DNA of 64,000 nucleotides from Candidatus Gottesmanbacteria bacterium (GTDB taxonomy: Bacteria > Patescibacteriota > Microgenomatia > UBA10105 > UBA927): the NCBI GenBank assembly GCA_023245355.1, contig JAHFKN010000005.1, forward strand, positions 33,290 to 97,289. The letters are read 5' to 3'. The notes below the pieces were generated by a model. That model was not told where the DNA came from. It worked only from the letters and a program-made list of their open reading frames with translations, and searched no databases. The number at the start of each line of letters is the position of its first letter. Within the stretch, counting starts at the first letter, position 1. This document shows, piece after piece, positions 21,274-30,543 of this stretch. Position numbers and translations under genes: made by a program.

Positions 21274-21693
21274 ATGTTTTTCTTTACCCCTATTCACTAC
21301 GTAGCAGTACTGGCCGCAGCTCTCTCGTCTATGGTCGTCGGGTTTCTGTGGTACTCGCCGCTTTTGTTTGCCAAGCCGTGGATGAAGTTGTCCGGACTGG
21401 ATGAAAAAAGCATGAACGCCGCCAAAAAAAATATGCCCATACCGTATACGGCATCATTTCTCATGTCGCTTGTCATGGCATACGTCATTGCACTTCTTAT
21501 CAACTCCCTGCTGGTTGCAACACTTGCTGAAGGATTGATGCTCGGAGGATTGGTGTGGCTCGGATTTATCGCAACGACGATGGTAACCGGGGTATTATTC
21601 CAGCGCGTTGTGTGGAAATTATTTTTCATCAACAGCGTTTACCAACTCGTTTCCGTGCTCGTTATGAGCGCCATACTCACGCTGTGGATCTGA
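21274..21693 (+). CDS. DUF1761-like small integral membrane protein
   Basis: 139 aa, 4 predicted TM helices; strong SD (aaaggaggg) 8 nt upstream; TTGACA-like -35 at about 21222. Confidence 0.6.
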   Translation: MFFFTPIHYVAVLAAALSSMVVGFLWYSPLLFAKPWMKLSGLDEKSMNAAKKNMPIPYTASFLMSLVMAYVIALLINSLLVATLAEGLMLGGLVWLGFIATTMVTGVLFQRVVWKLFFINSVYQLVSVLVMSAILTLWI

Positions 21694-21709
21694 AAGTTTG
21701 TTGTCCCTC

Positions 21710-22231
21710 TTACGGATTGAGCAGCCAGAGGCTGTAGTTTAGTACGGTGGCAAATGACACCCACGCTAAGTACGGCAGCATGAGATACGCGCTGACGGAA
21801 TCCAGCACATCAAATTTGAGGGTTAAGATAATGATCATGACCCACAGTGCGCCGATATCCGCAAACCCGAGCGGAATATTCTGACCTCCGAAAAATATGA
21901 TCGACCAGATAGTGTTGATGAGCAGGTGAGCCAGGAACCAAAACACGGCACTGCGCACTGCACGCTTACCCAATCCCAATTGCGAGATGCGGTAGGCAGC
22001 TATTCCCATCATCGCGTACAGCGTGATCCACACAGGGCCGAATATCCAGTTCGGAGGACCAAATGACGGCTTGACCAGCCCGGCATACCACGTGGGTATG
22101 GAGGGCATCGTAAATAACGCGCCGATGATTCCCGCCGATTCACAAAGGAGTATCCAGCTTACCAGTGAATACCAATTGATCGGAGATTTTTTCGGCTTTT
22201 TTGAAATACTGCGCGTTATTTTTTGTTTCAT
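21710..22231 (-). CDS. tspO: TspO/MBR family tryptophan-rich sensory protein
   Basis: 173 aa, 5 TM, Trp-rich conserved blocks (WYAGLVKPSFGPPNWIFGPVWITLY…LAWVSFATVLN). Confidence 0.8.
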   Translation of the reverse strand: MKQKITRSISKKPKKSPINWYSLVSWILLCESAGIIGALFTMPSIPTWYAGLVKPSFGPPNWIFGPVWITLYAMMGIAAYRISQLGLGKRAVRSAVFWFLAHLLINTIWSIIFFGGQNIPLGFADIGALWVMIIILTLKFDVLDSVSAYLMLPYLAWVSFATVLNYSLWLLNP

Positions 22232-22243
22232 ACATCTACTGTA

Positions 22244-23002
22244 TCACAGCATCAATTGTCCCTCTATAGTTTCGTGTGTTCCCGCCTTTTTCCGGTACCG
22301 GCAATATTCGCAGTCCTCTGAAAACTTGGGATACGAATCCGCATCCAGACATGCTTTCATGGCCACAAGCGTCGGTTCTACCCAGGTAGTATCGCCTGTA
22401 TGCGCATGCAGCGTAAGCGCAAATTCCAGCTTGCCGTCGAACTGCTCGCGGTTTTTGGTCGCATTGGCATACACGATATACGCCGTGTCAGAAACGGCAA
22501 ATCCGCTTTCCCTGAATATCCACTGATACATTTCCAATTGTTTCTTGTACCCTACTTTCCACTGATCTTCCAGGGATATTTCTTTTTCCGTCGAGGTAGA
22601 CTTGTAATCGACGATGATAAGTTCACCGTCAGGATTGACCCATATATCATCCACCGCGCCGAATACGAGGAAATTCGTTTGCTCATGCAGCACCTGTTTG
22701 CCTACGAAATTTTCGCGCCAGATATCCAGATCTTTGTGGACAAACGGAATCGCATCGACGCCGTAGCGTTTAACGATCTCATGTTTTTTGCCGGTCTTCC
22801 TCAGGATGTCGAATTCCTTTTTCAGCAGTGCATCGACGGCGGAGTTTAACGAAAATCCCGGCATGCTCGGCCGCGACACCCCGAGTCTGCGGTCAAAATA
22901 AAAACACCGGGGACACTCGCGGAACAAATCGACTTTGCTGCGGCTTACTTTAAACGGATCCTTTGAAGCGGGTGTATAGAGTTTGCTGCCGGTCCATGCC
23001 AT
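22244..23002 (-). CDS. Cas4/RecB-family PD-(D/E)XK nuclease with 4-Cys Fe-S cluster (orphan, no CRISPR context)
   Basis: N-terminal CPRC, motif II/III …D…IVDYKS, QLEMYQW (QxxxY), C-terminal C-x12-C-x2-C; matches the PDDEXK_1/Cas4-like arrangement. Confidence 0.7.
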   Translation of the reverse strand: MAWTGSKLYTPASKDPFKVSRSKVDLFRECPRCFYFDRRLGVSRPSMPGFSLNSAVDALLKKEFDILRKTGKKHEIVKRYGVDAIPFVHKDLDIWRENFVGKQVLHEQTNFLVFGAVDDIWVNPDGELIIVDYKSTSTEKEISLEDQWKVGYKKQLEMYQWIFRESGFAVSDTAYIVYANATKNREQFDGKLEFALTLHAHTGDTTWVEPTLVAMKACLDADSYPKFSEDCEYCRYRKKAGTHETIEGQLML

Positions 23003-23025
23003 ACATTGCAGTATATCATCAAAAT

Positions 23026-23283
23026 TTACCGGGAACCGAAGCGGGCACGCGGCCGGGTACGGGATCTCACCGGCAGCGTCATCATATACTCCACAACTGC
23101 GTCAGGGGCAGTATCTGCATACACCGGATTACCGTGTTCATCTACACTGATTACTAAACGCACGTCTTCTTCGGCTACCAATCCTCTGGCTACCCGGTCT
23201 GCGAGTTTACGCTCTTCTGTAAGGGGGTGGGAACGGAACGCGCTCCTCCGTCTGCGATCATGGTTTTCCTGTCTTCCTGCCAT
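23026..23283 (-). CDS. Hypothetical small protein (85 aa)
   Basis: Fills the gap between two same-strand genes exactly; no recognisable family; Arg-rich. Confidence 0.3.
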   Translation of the reverse strand: MAGRQENHDRRRRSAFRSHPLTEERKLADRVARGLVAEEDVRLVISVDEHGNPVYADTAPDAVVEYMMTLPVRSRTRPRARFGSR

Positions 23284-23335
23284 ACCGCAGGCGAGTATAG
23301 TAAAAAGAAGGGATAAGAAGCAAGCCCGGGCGGAA

Positions 23336-23734
23336 TTATTCTGTCGTTATACCCTCGAAATGCTCATCATCAGCGAGCGCCTCATCGCGCGTCCTGTGCA
23401 CCGTGCCGTCCAGATGATGGGCCGGGCTATAGAGCGTATACAGTTTGAGCATGTCCGTTTCCGACGTATTGATCACATTATGACTGGCGCCTGCAGGTAC
23501 GACCACTGCCGTCCCGTCCGATACCGCATGCGGCACGCCGTCGATAATCACGGTCCCTGTCCCCGATTCAAACCGGAAAAACTGATCGTTGTCCGCATGG
23601 ATTTCTTCCCCGATTTCTTCCCGCGGCGCAAGATTCATGAGCACGAGCTGGCTGTGTTTACCGGTATACAGCACGGTGCGGAAGTTTATATTTGCTTTCG
23701 TTAACTGTTCGATTTTTCCGACGTATCCCTTCAT
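23336..23734 (-). CDS. Cupin-domain protein
   Basis: 132 aa; two-His cupin motif region (…EEIHADNDQFFRFESGTGTV…VVVPAGASHNVIN). Confidence 0.7.
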   Translation of the reverse strand: MKGYVGKIEQLTKANINFRTVLYTGKHSQLVLMNLAPREEIGEEIHADNDQFFRFESGTGTVIIDGVPHAVSDGTAVVVPAGASHNVINTSETDMLKLYTLYSPAHHLDGTVHRTRDEALADDEHFEGITTE

Positions 23735-23796
23735 ATATACCCAGTATAGGACACCGGCAGGAAAAACAGTGTGAAGAACATTACAGAATGTCCGCG

Positions 23797-24441
23797 TTAG
23801 TCGTTTTCCGCAATCTCAACGGACGTGATGACCACGGGTTTCACCGGTCTGGAATTTTCGCGCCCGTCCTGAATCGTTTCTGCTTTTGAAATCACATCAA
23901 CCACACCCAATCCCTCAGTCACTTTTCCGAAAATGACATAATCATGGGACAAATCCGTATCGGTCTGTACGATAAAAAACTGGCTTCCGTTTGTATTGGG
24001 GCCGGCATTGGCCATCGCGACCGTCCCGCGTTTATAGGTGCCGGTAAACGGCTCGTCGTCAAACCGGTATCCGGGGCCTCCGGTGCCGTTGCCTTTGGGG
24101 TCCCCGCCCTGAATCATGAATCCCGGGATGACGCGGTGAAACGGTGTATTTACATAAAAACCCTTGCGCGCTAAATACACGAAATTATTGACGGTTTTGG
24201 GCGTTTCTTTGGCGGTTAACGCGATGATGATTTTCCCCTCAGTCGTCATAAGCGTCGCCGTATATTTTTTCGTGACATCAATCTGCATATCAGGGGGTTT
24301 TGTAAGACCGGCCTGCTCCTGTGTAGGTTGTACCTGTGTTTGCTGATTATTCATATTCGCTCCTCTCGGCCTGCGCACATACATCACGGCGGCAAACAAC
24401 AACACTCCGACGATTGCCACCCATATATACGTCTGCTTCAT
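23797..24441 (-). CDS. ppiB: Peptidyl-prolyl cis-trans isomerase, cyclophilin type (membrane-anchored/secreted)
   Basis: 214 aa; N-terminal TM; FHRVIPGFMIQGGDP…GTGGPGY…FGKV cyclophilin signature. Confidence 0.9.
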   Translation of the reverse strand: MKQTYIWVAIVGVLLFAAVMYVRRPRGANMNNQQTQVQPTQEQAGLTKPPDMQIDVTKKYTATLMTTEGKIIIALTAKETPKTVNNFVYLARKGFYVNTPFHRVIPGFMIQGGDPKGNGTGGPGYRFDDEPFTGTYKRGTVAMANAGPNTNGSQFFIVQTDTDLSHDYVIFGKVTEGLGVVDVISKAETIQDGRENSRPVKPVVITSVEIAEND

Positions 24442-24467
24442 AGAAGAATTCTATAGTACCCGAAATA

Positions 24468-24833
24468 TCAGAGAACTTCACCCACTAAAATATCCGGGTC
24501 GAAATATTTTTCCAGCAGCGAGAAATTTTTTACGTTCGATCGGAAAAACAGATCCAGCACGATACCGATATACGGGATAAACCCGAACACCGAATCGACC
24601 GTGATGTTCCACATCATGCGGAAATATACCCATGTAGGGACACGCAGTTTGGCTGCAATCCAAAAAAGATAAAACGACGTGAGTGTTGCCAGCAGATTCC
24701 CCAACCCGGGGATCACGTCCAGCATCGGATCGATGCCGAACCGGATACCCAATACGTTAAACCGCAAATCCATAACTCTGGTAAGTCTGCGGGCAAAATC
24801 GACATGTGCGCGAAGAGAAGCCAACTCACTCAT
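24468..24833 (-). CDS. DUF4112-like small membrane protein
   Basis: 121 aa, 2-3 TM, conserved GIDPMLDVIPGLGN and P-x-W blocks. Confidence 0.5.
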   Translation of the reverse strand: MSELASLRAHVDFARRLTRVMDLRFNVLGIRFGIDPMLDVIPGLGNLLATLTSFYLFWIAAKLRVPTWVYFRMMWNITVDSVFGFIPYIGIVLDLFFRSNVKNFSLLEKYFDPDILVGEVL

Positions 24834-24912
24834 ATTTGTAAATTATAACACCCGATATCCATGCGTATTATGAAAATCAACCGCTTGCATGAAGTGCACA
24901 CACTCGGTATAG

Positions 24913-25470
24913 TTGCTGCATATGACAGATACAACATGTCCCAAATGCGGCAATCCGTTAGGTCCGATAGTAGAAACCAAATCAGGCAAACAGATGCAGA
25001 AATGCAGCACCGGTCACTGGAATCCGGAAACGAAAAAAAATGAAGGCTGCGACTACGTGAAGTGGATCGTACCCGAACCCAAAGCGCTCGATGAAAAATG
25101 TCCCAAATGCGGCAGCCCGCTCGTCATGATGGTGACGCGCTTCGGCAAAAAGATGAAGAAATGTTCGACCAACACCTGGAACCGGGAAACGAAAAAAGCC
25201 GAAGGCTGCGATTATGTAGAGTGGATAAACGGCAGTACCGAACCGCTGGATGAAGATTGTCCCGAGTGCGGCAAAAAACTTGTCCTCTATACGACCGCAA
25301 GCGGCAAGAAAATGAAAAAATGCTCGACCTCAGGATGGGACCGGGAAAAGAAACAGGCGACCGGATGCACGTACGTGCAGTGGCTCAAGCCGGGAGAATA
25401 TCCCGCGGAACACAAAGCAAACGGCGAGGAATTTTTGCCTCCGGAACCTCCCGACGCGGAAGACGCGTAA
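24913..25470 (+). CDS. Stand-alone protein of three tandem topoisomerase-type C4 zinc ribbons
   Basis: Three ~60-aa repeats CPKCGxPL…GKKMKKCST..W…GCDYVxW, same pattern as the C-terminal Zn ribbons of topoisomerase I (zf-C4_Topoisom); repeats also visible at DNA level. Confidence 0.7.
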   Translation: MLHMTDTTCPKCGNPLGPIVETKSGKQMQKCSTGHWNPETKKNEGCDYVKWIVPEPKALDEKCPKCGSPLVMMVTRFGKKMKKCSTNTWNRETKKAEGCDYVEWINGSTEPLDEDCPECGKKLVLYTTASGKKMKKCSTSGWDREKKQATGCTYVQWLKPGEYPAEHKANGEEFLPPEPPDAEDA

Positions 25471-25473
25471 CGG

Positions 25474-25710
25474 TTACGAACCCAACAGGAGATTGGATTG
25501 TCCTGCCACAGAATCGGCAAGTTCCTTAAGTTGTGCTGGTGTCATGGTTGCGATACCTTTCCGGTCCAAACCGGTAAGCAGCATATCCCCTTCTTCCGTG
25601 ACCGACAGGCGGCGGCGGAATCCAAACGGCTTATCCGACAATCCCCGCGCACGTCTCTCAGAGGCATATCCCGGTAATGCACCTTGCTCACGCTGTGTTT
25701 TTCTTGTCAT
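25474..25710 (-). CDS. Hypothetical small protein (78 aa)
   Basis: ORF fits exactly between the Zn-ribbon gene stop and the hflX start; no family recognised; could be spurious. Confidence 0.25.
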   Translation of the reverse strand: MTRKTQREQGALPGYASERRARGLSDKPFGFRRRLSVTEEGDMLLTGLDRKGIATMTPAQLKELADSVAGQSNLLLGS

Positions 25711-26901
25711 ATGGGGATATTATACGCCTGCCATGCAATAGCCCTCATACCGTATAATGAAAACGTGCCGACTATCACCCAACCCACCCGCATTCTGTTT
25801 GTATATCTGGCCCGTCCGAAAATCAGCCGTTCCGAAATGGAAAAGGATGTGACGGAACTCTGGCAATTGGTGGCTACGCTGGGCAACGCCACCGTCACCG
25901 ATATCATCACGCAGCACGGGAGTATCACGGCAGCGACCTACATCGGAACCGGCAAAGTAGAAGAAGTGCTCGCTTATCTGGAATCGCATCCCATCGACAC
26001 GGTTATCCTAAACGGCACACTCACCCCCAGCCAGAAATTTAAACTCATGAAACAATTTTGGTCCGTGAATCCGACTATTCAGGTATGGGACCGGGTAGAT
26101 TTAATTCTTGCGATATTTTCTCATCATGCCAAAACCACGGAAGCGAATTTGCAGATAGAACTTGCGCGTATGCATCATATGGGCCCCCGGATTTACGGCA
26201 TGGGTATGGAACTTTCCCGTCAGGGAGGCGGCATCGGCACCCGCGGTATCGGAGAAACCAACACGGAACTCATGGAACGCCACTGGAAACGCGAAATTAA
26301 AAAAGTCCGCGATATGCTCGATAAACTGACAGCCAACCGCAAGCGCCAGATGGAACACAGAAAAAGTATGGGGCTACAGACTATCTCCATCGTAGGCTAC
26401 ACCAACGCCGGCAAAACATCACTGTTTAATGTGCTCACACACAAAAAACATCTGGTAGAAAACGCGCTGTTTGCGACTCTGGATAGCACGGTAGGAGAAG
26501 TCTATATGTCCTCGCTTGGAAAACAGGTCGTCGTGTCCGATACCATCGGGTTTATCAGCAATCTCCCGCCGGATCTGATCGAGGCATTTACCTCTACGCT
26601 GATGGAATCCGTGCACGCGGATGTAGTGCTGCATGTCATCGACGCCGCGGATCCTGACATCGCGGAAAAAATTCTGGTGGTAAGCCGAATCTTAGACGAA
26701 CTGCATATACCGGAAGAAAAAGAAGTGCTGGTGTTTAACAAATCGGATGCCATTACCAAAGCTGACCGCGACAGAATAGAATCTAACATTCATGACATTC
26801 CGTTTGTATTTGTTTCTGCCAATACCGGAGAAGGAATCGATACACTCATAACCGATATCTTCCCCAGGTATCTGCGTCCCGCGGATCACGTGACGCACTA
26901 A
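25711..26901 (+). CDS. hflX: GTPase HflX
   Basis: HflX N-domain (…TYIGTGKVEEV…), coiled region, G-domain GYTNAGKTSLFN, DTIGF, NKSD; start uncertain (25684, 25711 or a non-ATG nearby). Confidence 0.85.
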   Translation: MGILYACHAIALIPYNENVPTITQPTRILFVYLARPKISRSEMEKDVTELWQLVATLGNATVTDIITQHGSITAATYIGTGKVEEVLAYLESHPIDTVILNGTLTPSQKFKLMKQFWSVNPTIQVWDRVDLILAIFSHHAKTTEANLQIELARMHHMGPRIYGMGMELSRQGGGIGTRGIGETNTELMERHWKREIKKVRDMLDKLTANRKRQMEHRKSMGLQTISIVGYTNAGKTSLFNVLTHKKHLVENALFATLDSTVGEVYMSSLGKQVVVSDTIGFISNLPPDLIEAFTSTLMESVHADVVLHVIDAADPDIAEKILVVSRILDELHIPEEKEVLVFNKSDAITKADRDRIESNIHDIPFVFVSANTGEGIDTLITDIFPRYLRPADHVTH

Positions 26902-28247
26902 AGGGAAACTTCCTGATGCAGCACCGGCATCGTGATGTCGGAGACACCCAGATCCTGTGTAATTTTTGCGGCGAGTGCTTTTCGCGGACCGTCTTCTCCG
27001 TGCGTCAAAAATACTTTCTGCACGTTTTTGATTTCTTTAAGCCAGGTCATAAGCTGCTGCTGATCCGCATGCGAACTCATGGACTGCGTATCGGAAACAA
27101 TCGCTTTTACGTTTACCGTGCGTTTGTCGATCTTTACCGTTTTGCTGCCCTCGAGTAACTCGCGGCCCAATGTCTCGACGCCCTGATATCCCACGATAAG
27201 AAGGCGCGTGGAGGGAATGGGCAGATACCGTGCCGCATGTCCCACGATTCTGCCTCCGGTCATCATGCCGCTTCCGGCGATGATCACTTTGGCTCCCAGC
27301 GTCGCATCGATGAGGCGCTGCCCTTTTTTCTTTTGGATCATGGTGACTCCCGGAAATTCAAACGGACTCCCCTCCCTGAACTCTTCCTGCACGTACGCTT
27401 TGAATGCTTCGGGGTACCGCGTATAAATCGTGGTTGCCGCGTTTCCCATCGGGGAATCCATGTATACGGGCGTATCCTCACGGACTTTGCCGTCTTTTTT
27501 CAGGTGCATGATCATGTGCATGAGTTCCTGCGTGCGCTGCAGGGAAAATGCCGGGATAAGCAGCGTGCCGCCGTTTCCCTCTACGGCTTTTATTTCCGAT
27601 GCCAGGATGTCCATAGGATCATCGGCAGGATGCAGTCTGTCGCCGTAGGTCGACTCCATGACGACCGCATCCGCGGATTCCACAGGCTCCACATCGGGCA
27701 ATAAATTATCCGGACTGTTTCCCACGTCTCCGCTGAACACGATTTTCCGAATAGACGAATTTGCCCGGGTATCTTCTATCACGACACTGGCCGACCCCAG
27801 TATATGCCCGGCGTCATACATGGTGACGATAAAATCCCCGATGGTTTCCGGCGCATGATAATGCACCCGTTTAAACTGTTTGGTCATTTGGATAACCTGC
27901 TCTTTGTTGAACAAAAACGGTTTCTCGTCTTCCTCTGCTACCTTTGCCGTATCCAGAAGTGATAATTCCGTTAAATCCGCAGTTGCCGACGTCATATAGA
28001 CCGGACCGGTAAATCCATGGGAAAGCAGAATCGGCAGTCTCCCGCAGTGATCCAGGTGCGCATGTGTGAGGATGACAGCACTCAGCGTACTTGCGTCGTA
28101 TTCGAATTTCCGGTAATTGAGAGATTCGATTTCGGCTACTCCCTGAAACATCCCGAGATCGATGAGAATTGACTGGCCGGAGCCTGAGGTGAGGACGTAA
28201 CTTGAGCCGGTGACGGTACCGGCAGCACCCATGAATTTTATCTTCAT
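26898..28247 (-). CDS. MBL-fold beta-CASP family RNA-metabolising hydrolase (CPSF/RNase J-like paralogue)
   Basis: 449 aa; HAHLDHCG metallo-beta-lactamase motif 2, beta-CASP motifs, C-terminal …SMSSHAD…; distinct from the RNase J at 60.6 kb. Confidence 0.8.
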   Translation of the reverse strand: MKIKFMGAAGTVTGSSYVLTSGSGQSILIDLGMFQGVAEIESLNYRKFEYDASTLSAVILTHAHLDHCGRLPILLSHGFTGPVYMTSATADLTELSLLDTAKVAEEDEKPFLFNKEQVIQMTKQFKRVHYHAPETIGDFIVTMYDAGHILGSASVVIEDTRANSSIRKIVFSGDVGNSPDNLLPDVEPVESADAVVMESTYGDRLHPADDPMDILASEIKAVEGNGGTLLIPAFSLQRTQELMHMIMHLKKDGKVREDTPVYMDSPMGNAATTIYTRYPEAFKAYVQEEFREGSPFEFPGVTMIQKKKGQRLIDATLGAKVIIAGSGMMTGGRIVGHAARYLPIPSTRLLIVGYQGVETLGRELLEGSKTVKIDKRTVNVKAIVSDTQSMSSHADQQQLMTWLKEIKNVQKVFLTHGEDGPRKALAAKITQDLGVSDITMPVLHQEVSL

Positions 28248-28283
28248 TTCTTCACTATACTATATCGGCGCGATATTTCAGCA

Positions 28284-29447
28284 TCACTCTTCTATCAGCG
28301 GGAGCCCTTCTTCTACACTCGCCTCTGGTTCCTGCACTTTGAGTTCCGGCAGTGTTTTGCCGACTACTCCCTGCAGATCCCCGTGCATCCCCTGCGTGTG
28401 ATCGATGACTTTGCGTAACTGCTTCTCCTGTCTGGCCCATTTGGTCTGGAACCAGCGTTTCTCCCGCTCCACTTCATCCTGCATACTGCCGAACGCTTCG
28501 ATGATCGCGTTCATGCGGTGGGTAAATTCTATACTCGTGATGTAGCGGTACAATTCCTCTTTTTTCTCGTCTTTCCCGCTCTGGATATCGCGCACGAAAT
28601 TTTCTCGGATGAGTCCGTACCGCAAGGTCATAGCAAGAGGCACGGCAAATTTCTGCATACAAATCCAGATGCCGTTATCGTGCATATAGGTCGTGAGTCC
28701 CTTGGGCGGATCGGTGACCACGAGAATGGATAAATGCGCTTTCGCCTGCCGGGCATCTTCCCGCAGTTTCGGAGCCCAGGTGTCGGACCACTTCGCATTT
28801 TTGGATTCCCACAGCATCATGCCGCATTCCCGGCCTTTTTTGTCCACGACGCGCTGCAGGATATCGGCTCCCCGCTGGCCCTTTTTCACTTCCTCGATAA
28901 TATCCATGGGAAATTCGTGCTTGAGCTCTTCCTCGAGCACCAGCTCCAACGACTCGCCCTGCGCCTGCTGAGAGCCTTGCTGCAGTTTTGTTTTGAGTTC
29001 TTCGATCTGCTTGAGCGCGACAGAATAATTCTGATCCTTTTCGCGGTCTTTGAGTTCGTGTTCTTCCTGCACTTTTTTCCGGGCTTCATCGCGGATTTTG
29101 GCTTCTTCGTCTGCCAGTTTCTTTTTCATTTCCAGTTCGCGCTCTTCGTCTTTACGGCGGAGTTTCCGCAGGTCTTCGCTCAGATCCTCGAGTTGCTTAA
29201 GCAACCGTTTGTTGCGTTCCTTTTCTTCTCCCGCATCTGCTTCCAGCGCTTTCATGCGCTCTTTGGCGTCTGCTGCTAATTTTTCCGTCACGGTTTTTAC
29301 CGTCTCTTCCCGCATGCGGACAAGCGCTTCTTCATGGCGCTTCTTTTCTGCTGCGAGAATTTCTTCGCCCACCTGATGGCGGAACGCTTCCGTCGGCTCG
29401 AAGTACTGGCCGCATTTAGGACACTTGATGGATGCCTGATCACTCAT
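28284..29447 (-). CDS. DUF2130-like coiled-coil protein with N-terminal C4 zinc ribbon
   Basis: Start MSDQASIKCPKCGQ; long Lys/Glu-rich coiled coil; globular C-terminal domain; resembles DUF2130 family proteins. Confidence 0.55.
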   Translation of the reverse strand: MSDQASIKCPKCGQYFEPTEAFRHQVGEEILAAEKKRHEEALVRMREETVKTVTEKLAADAKERMKALEADAGEEKERNKRLLKQLEDLSEDLRKLRRKDEERELEMKKKLADEEAKIRDEARKKVQEEHELKDREKDQNYSVALKQIEELKTKLQQGSQQAQGESLELVLEEELKHEFPMDIIEEVKKGQRGADILQRVVDKKGRECGMMLWESKNAKWSDTWAPKLREDARQAKAHLSILVVTDPPKGLTTYMHDNGIWICMQKFAVPLAMTLRYGLIRENFVRDIQSGKDEKKEELYRYITSIEFTHRMNAIIEAFGSMQDEVEREKRWFQTKWARQEKQLRKVIDHTQGMHGDLQGVVGKTLPELKVQEPEASVEEGLPLIEE

Positions 29448-29659
29448 ATGAAAAGTGTCTGTACTGTACAGAGTTACACGCGGGAGTGCAAGTTTACAAA
29501 ACAAAAACATTTAAACCGATACAGAGCACGTCTAACCTATTAAATGTGAGTTCGCTAATACTATATTTTAACAAGATAATTGAGGCAACATTTCTACCTA
29601 AGTAAAAATTACTTTTGTATCTGGACCTTTTACTAATTTTCTTGTATACTTAGTGCCGA

Positions 29660-30535
29660 ATGAAAAAACAAAAAACTGCATCAAGAAAAAAACATCGCAA
29701 TAATATAAAAGTTGCTTTATTTGCAAACCCTCCTATTAATTCAATTATAGCAGGAGACTGTGAAGCTGTACTCAAACAATTTCCTGAAAATTCAATCGAT
29801 TTGATAATCACGTCCCCACCATATTCAGACAAACGCAAAAACACATATGGCGGAATCCACCCAGATAAATATGTTGATTGGTTTTTACCTAAGTCGGAAC
29901 AGTTTTATAGAGTATTAAAGCCGAATGGCACATTTATCTTAAACATTAAAAATGGCGCTTCTGACGGAGAAAAACATATATATATACTAAATCTGATTTT
30001 ACGGCTTAGACAGCAAGGTTGGATTTGGACAGAAGAATTTATTTGGCACAAAAAAAATTCTTTTCCAGGAAAGTGGCCAAACAGATTCAGAGACGCGTGG
30101 GAACCCTGCTTTCAATTTAATAAACAAAAACAATTCAAAATGTTTCAAAATAATGTTATGGAACCCATTGGAGATTGGTCAAAATCAAGATTTAAATATC
30201 TTACTTTAGAAGATAAAAGGAGAACGGAATCAACAGTTAAAAGTGGATTTGGAAGAAATGTATCTAATTGGGTATCTCGCAAAATGGTATATCCTACAAA
30301 TGTTCTCCATTTAGCCACTGAAAGTGCAAATAAAGATCATAGCGCAGTATTTCCAATTTCACTACCTACATGGTTCATTAAATTATTTACTCAAAAAGGG
30401 GATGTAGTGCTCGATCCATTCGTAGGGTCAGGAACATCTGCTCTCGCTGCCAAAAAATTAGAAAGAAATTATATTGGGATTGACATACTTAACAGGTATT
30501 GCTTAGTGGCAAAAAGAAGGCTATTAGCGAAGTAA
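29660..30535 (+). CDS. DNA methyltransferase, beta-class (N4-cytosine or N6-adenine; SPPY motif suggests m4C)
   Basis: 291 aa; catalytic motif IV SPPY (…DLIITSPPYSD…) precedes the AdoMet motif I FVGSGTS near the C-terminus (IV→I order = beta class, ParB-like methylase family); AT-rich gene. Confidence 0.8.
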   Translation: MKKQKTASRKKHRNNIKVALFANPPINSIIAGDCEAVLKQFPENSIDLIITSPPYSDKRKNTYGGIHPDKYVDWFLPKSEQFYRVLKPNGTFILNIKNGASDGEKHIYILNLILRLRQQGWIWTEEFIWHKKNSFPGKWPNRFRDAWEPCFQFNKQKQFKMFQNNVMEPIGDWSKSRFKYLTLEDKRRTESTVKSGFGRNVSNWVSRKMVYPTNVLHLATESANKDHSAVFPISLPTWFIKLFTQKGDVVLDPFVGSGTSALAAKKLERNYIGIDILNRYCLVAKRRLLAK

Positions 30536-30543
30536 TTTTGCGC

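Noticed and set aside
23006-23704. 232-aa plus-strand ORF
   Set aside because: Overlaps the cupin gene and the small 85-aa ORF on the opposite strand; Arg-rich composition; minus-strand genes are tightly packed and better supported.
28734-29279. 181-aa plus-strand ORF and Ser/Arg-rich 29050-29376 ORF
   Set aside because: Antisense translations of the Lys/Glu-rich coiled coil of the DUF2130 gene (low-complexity mirror).
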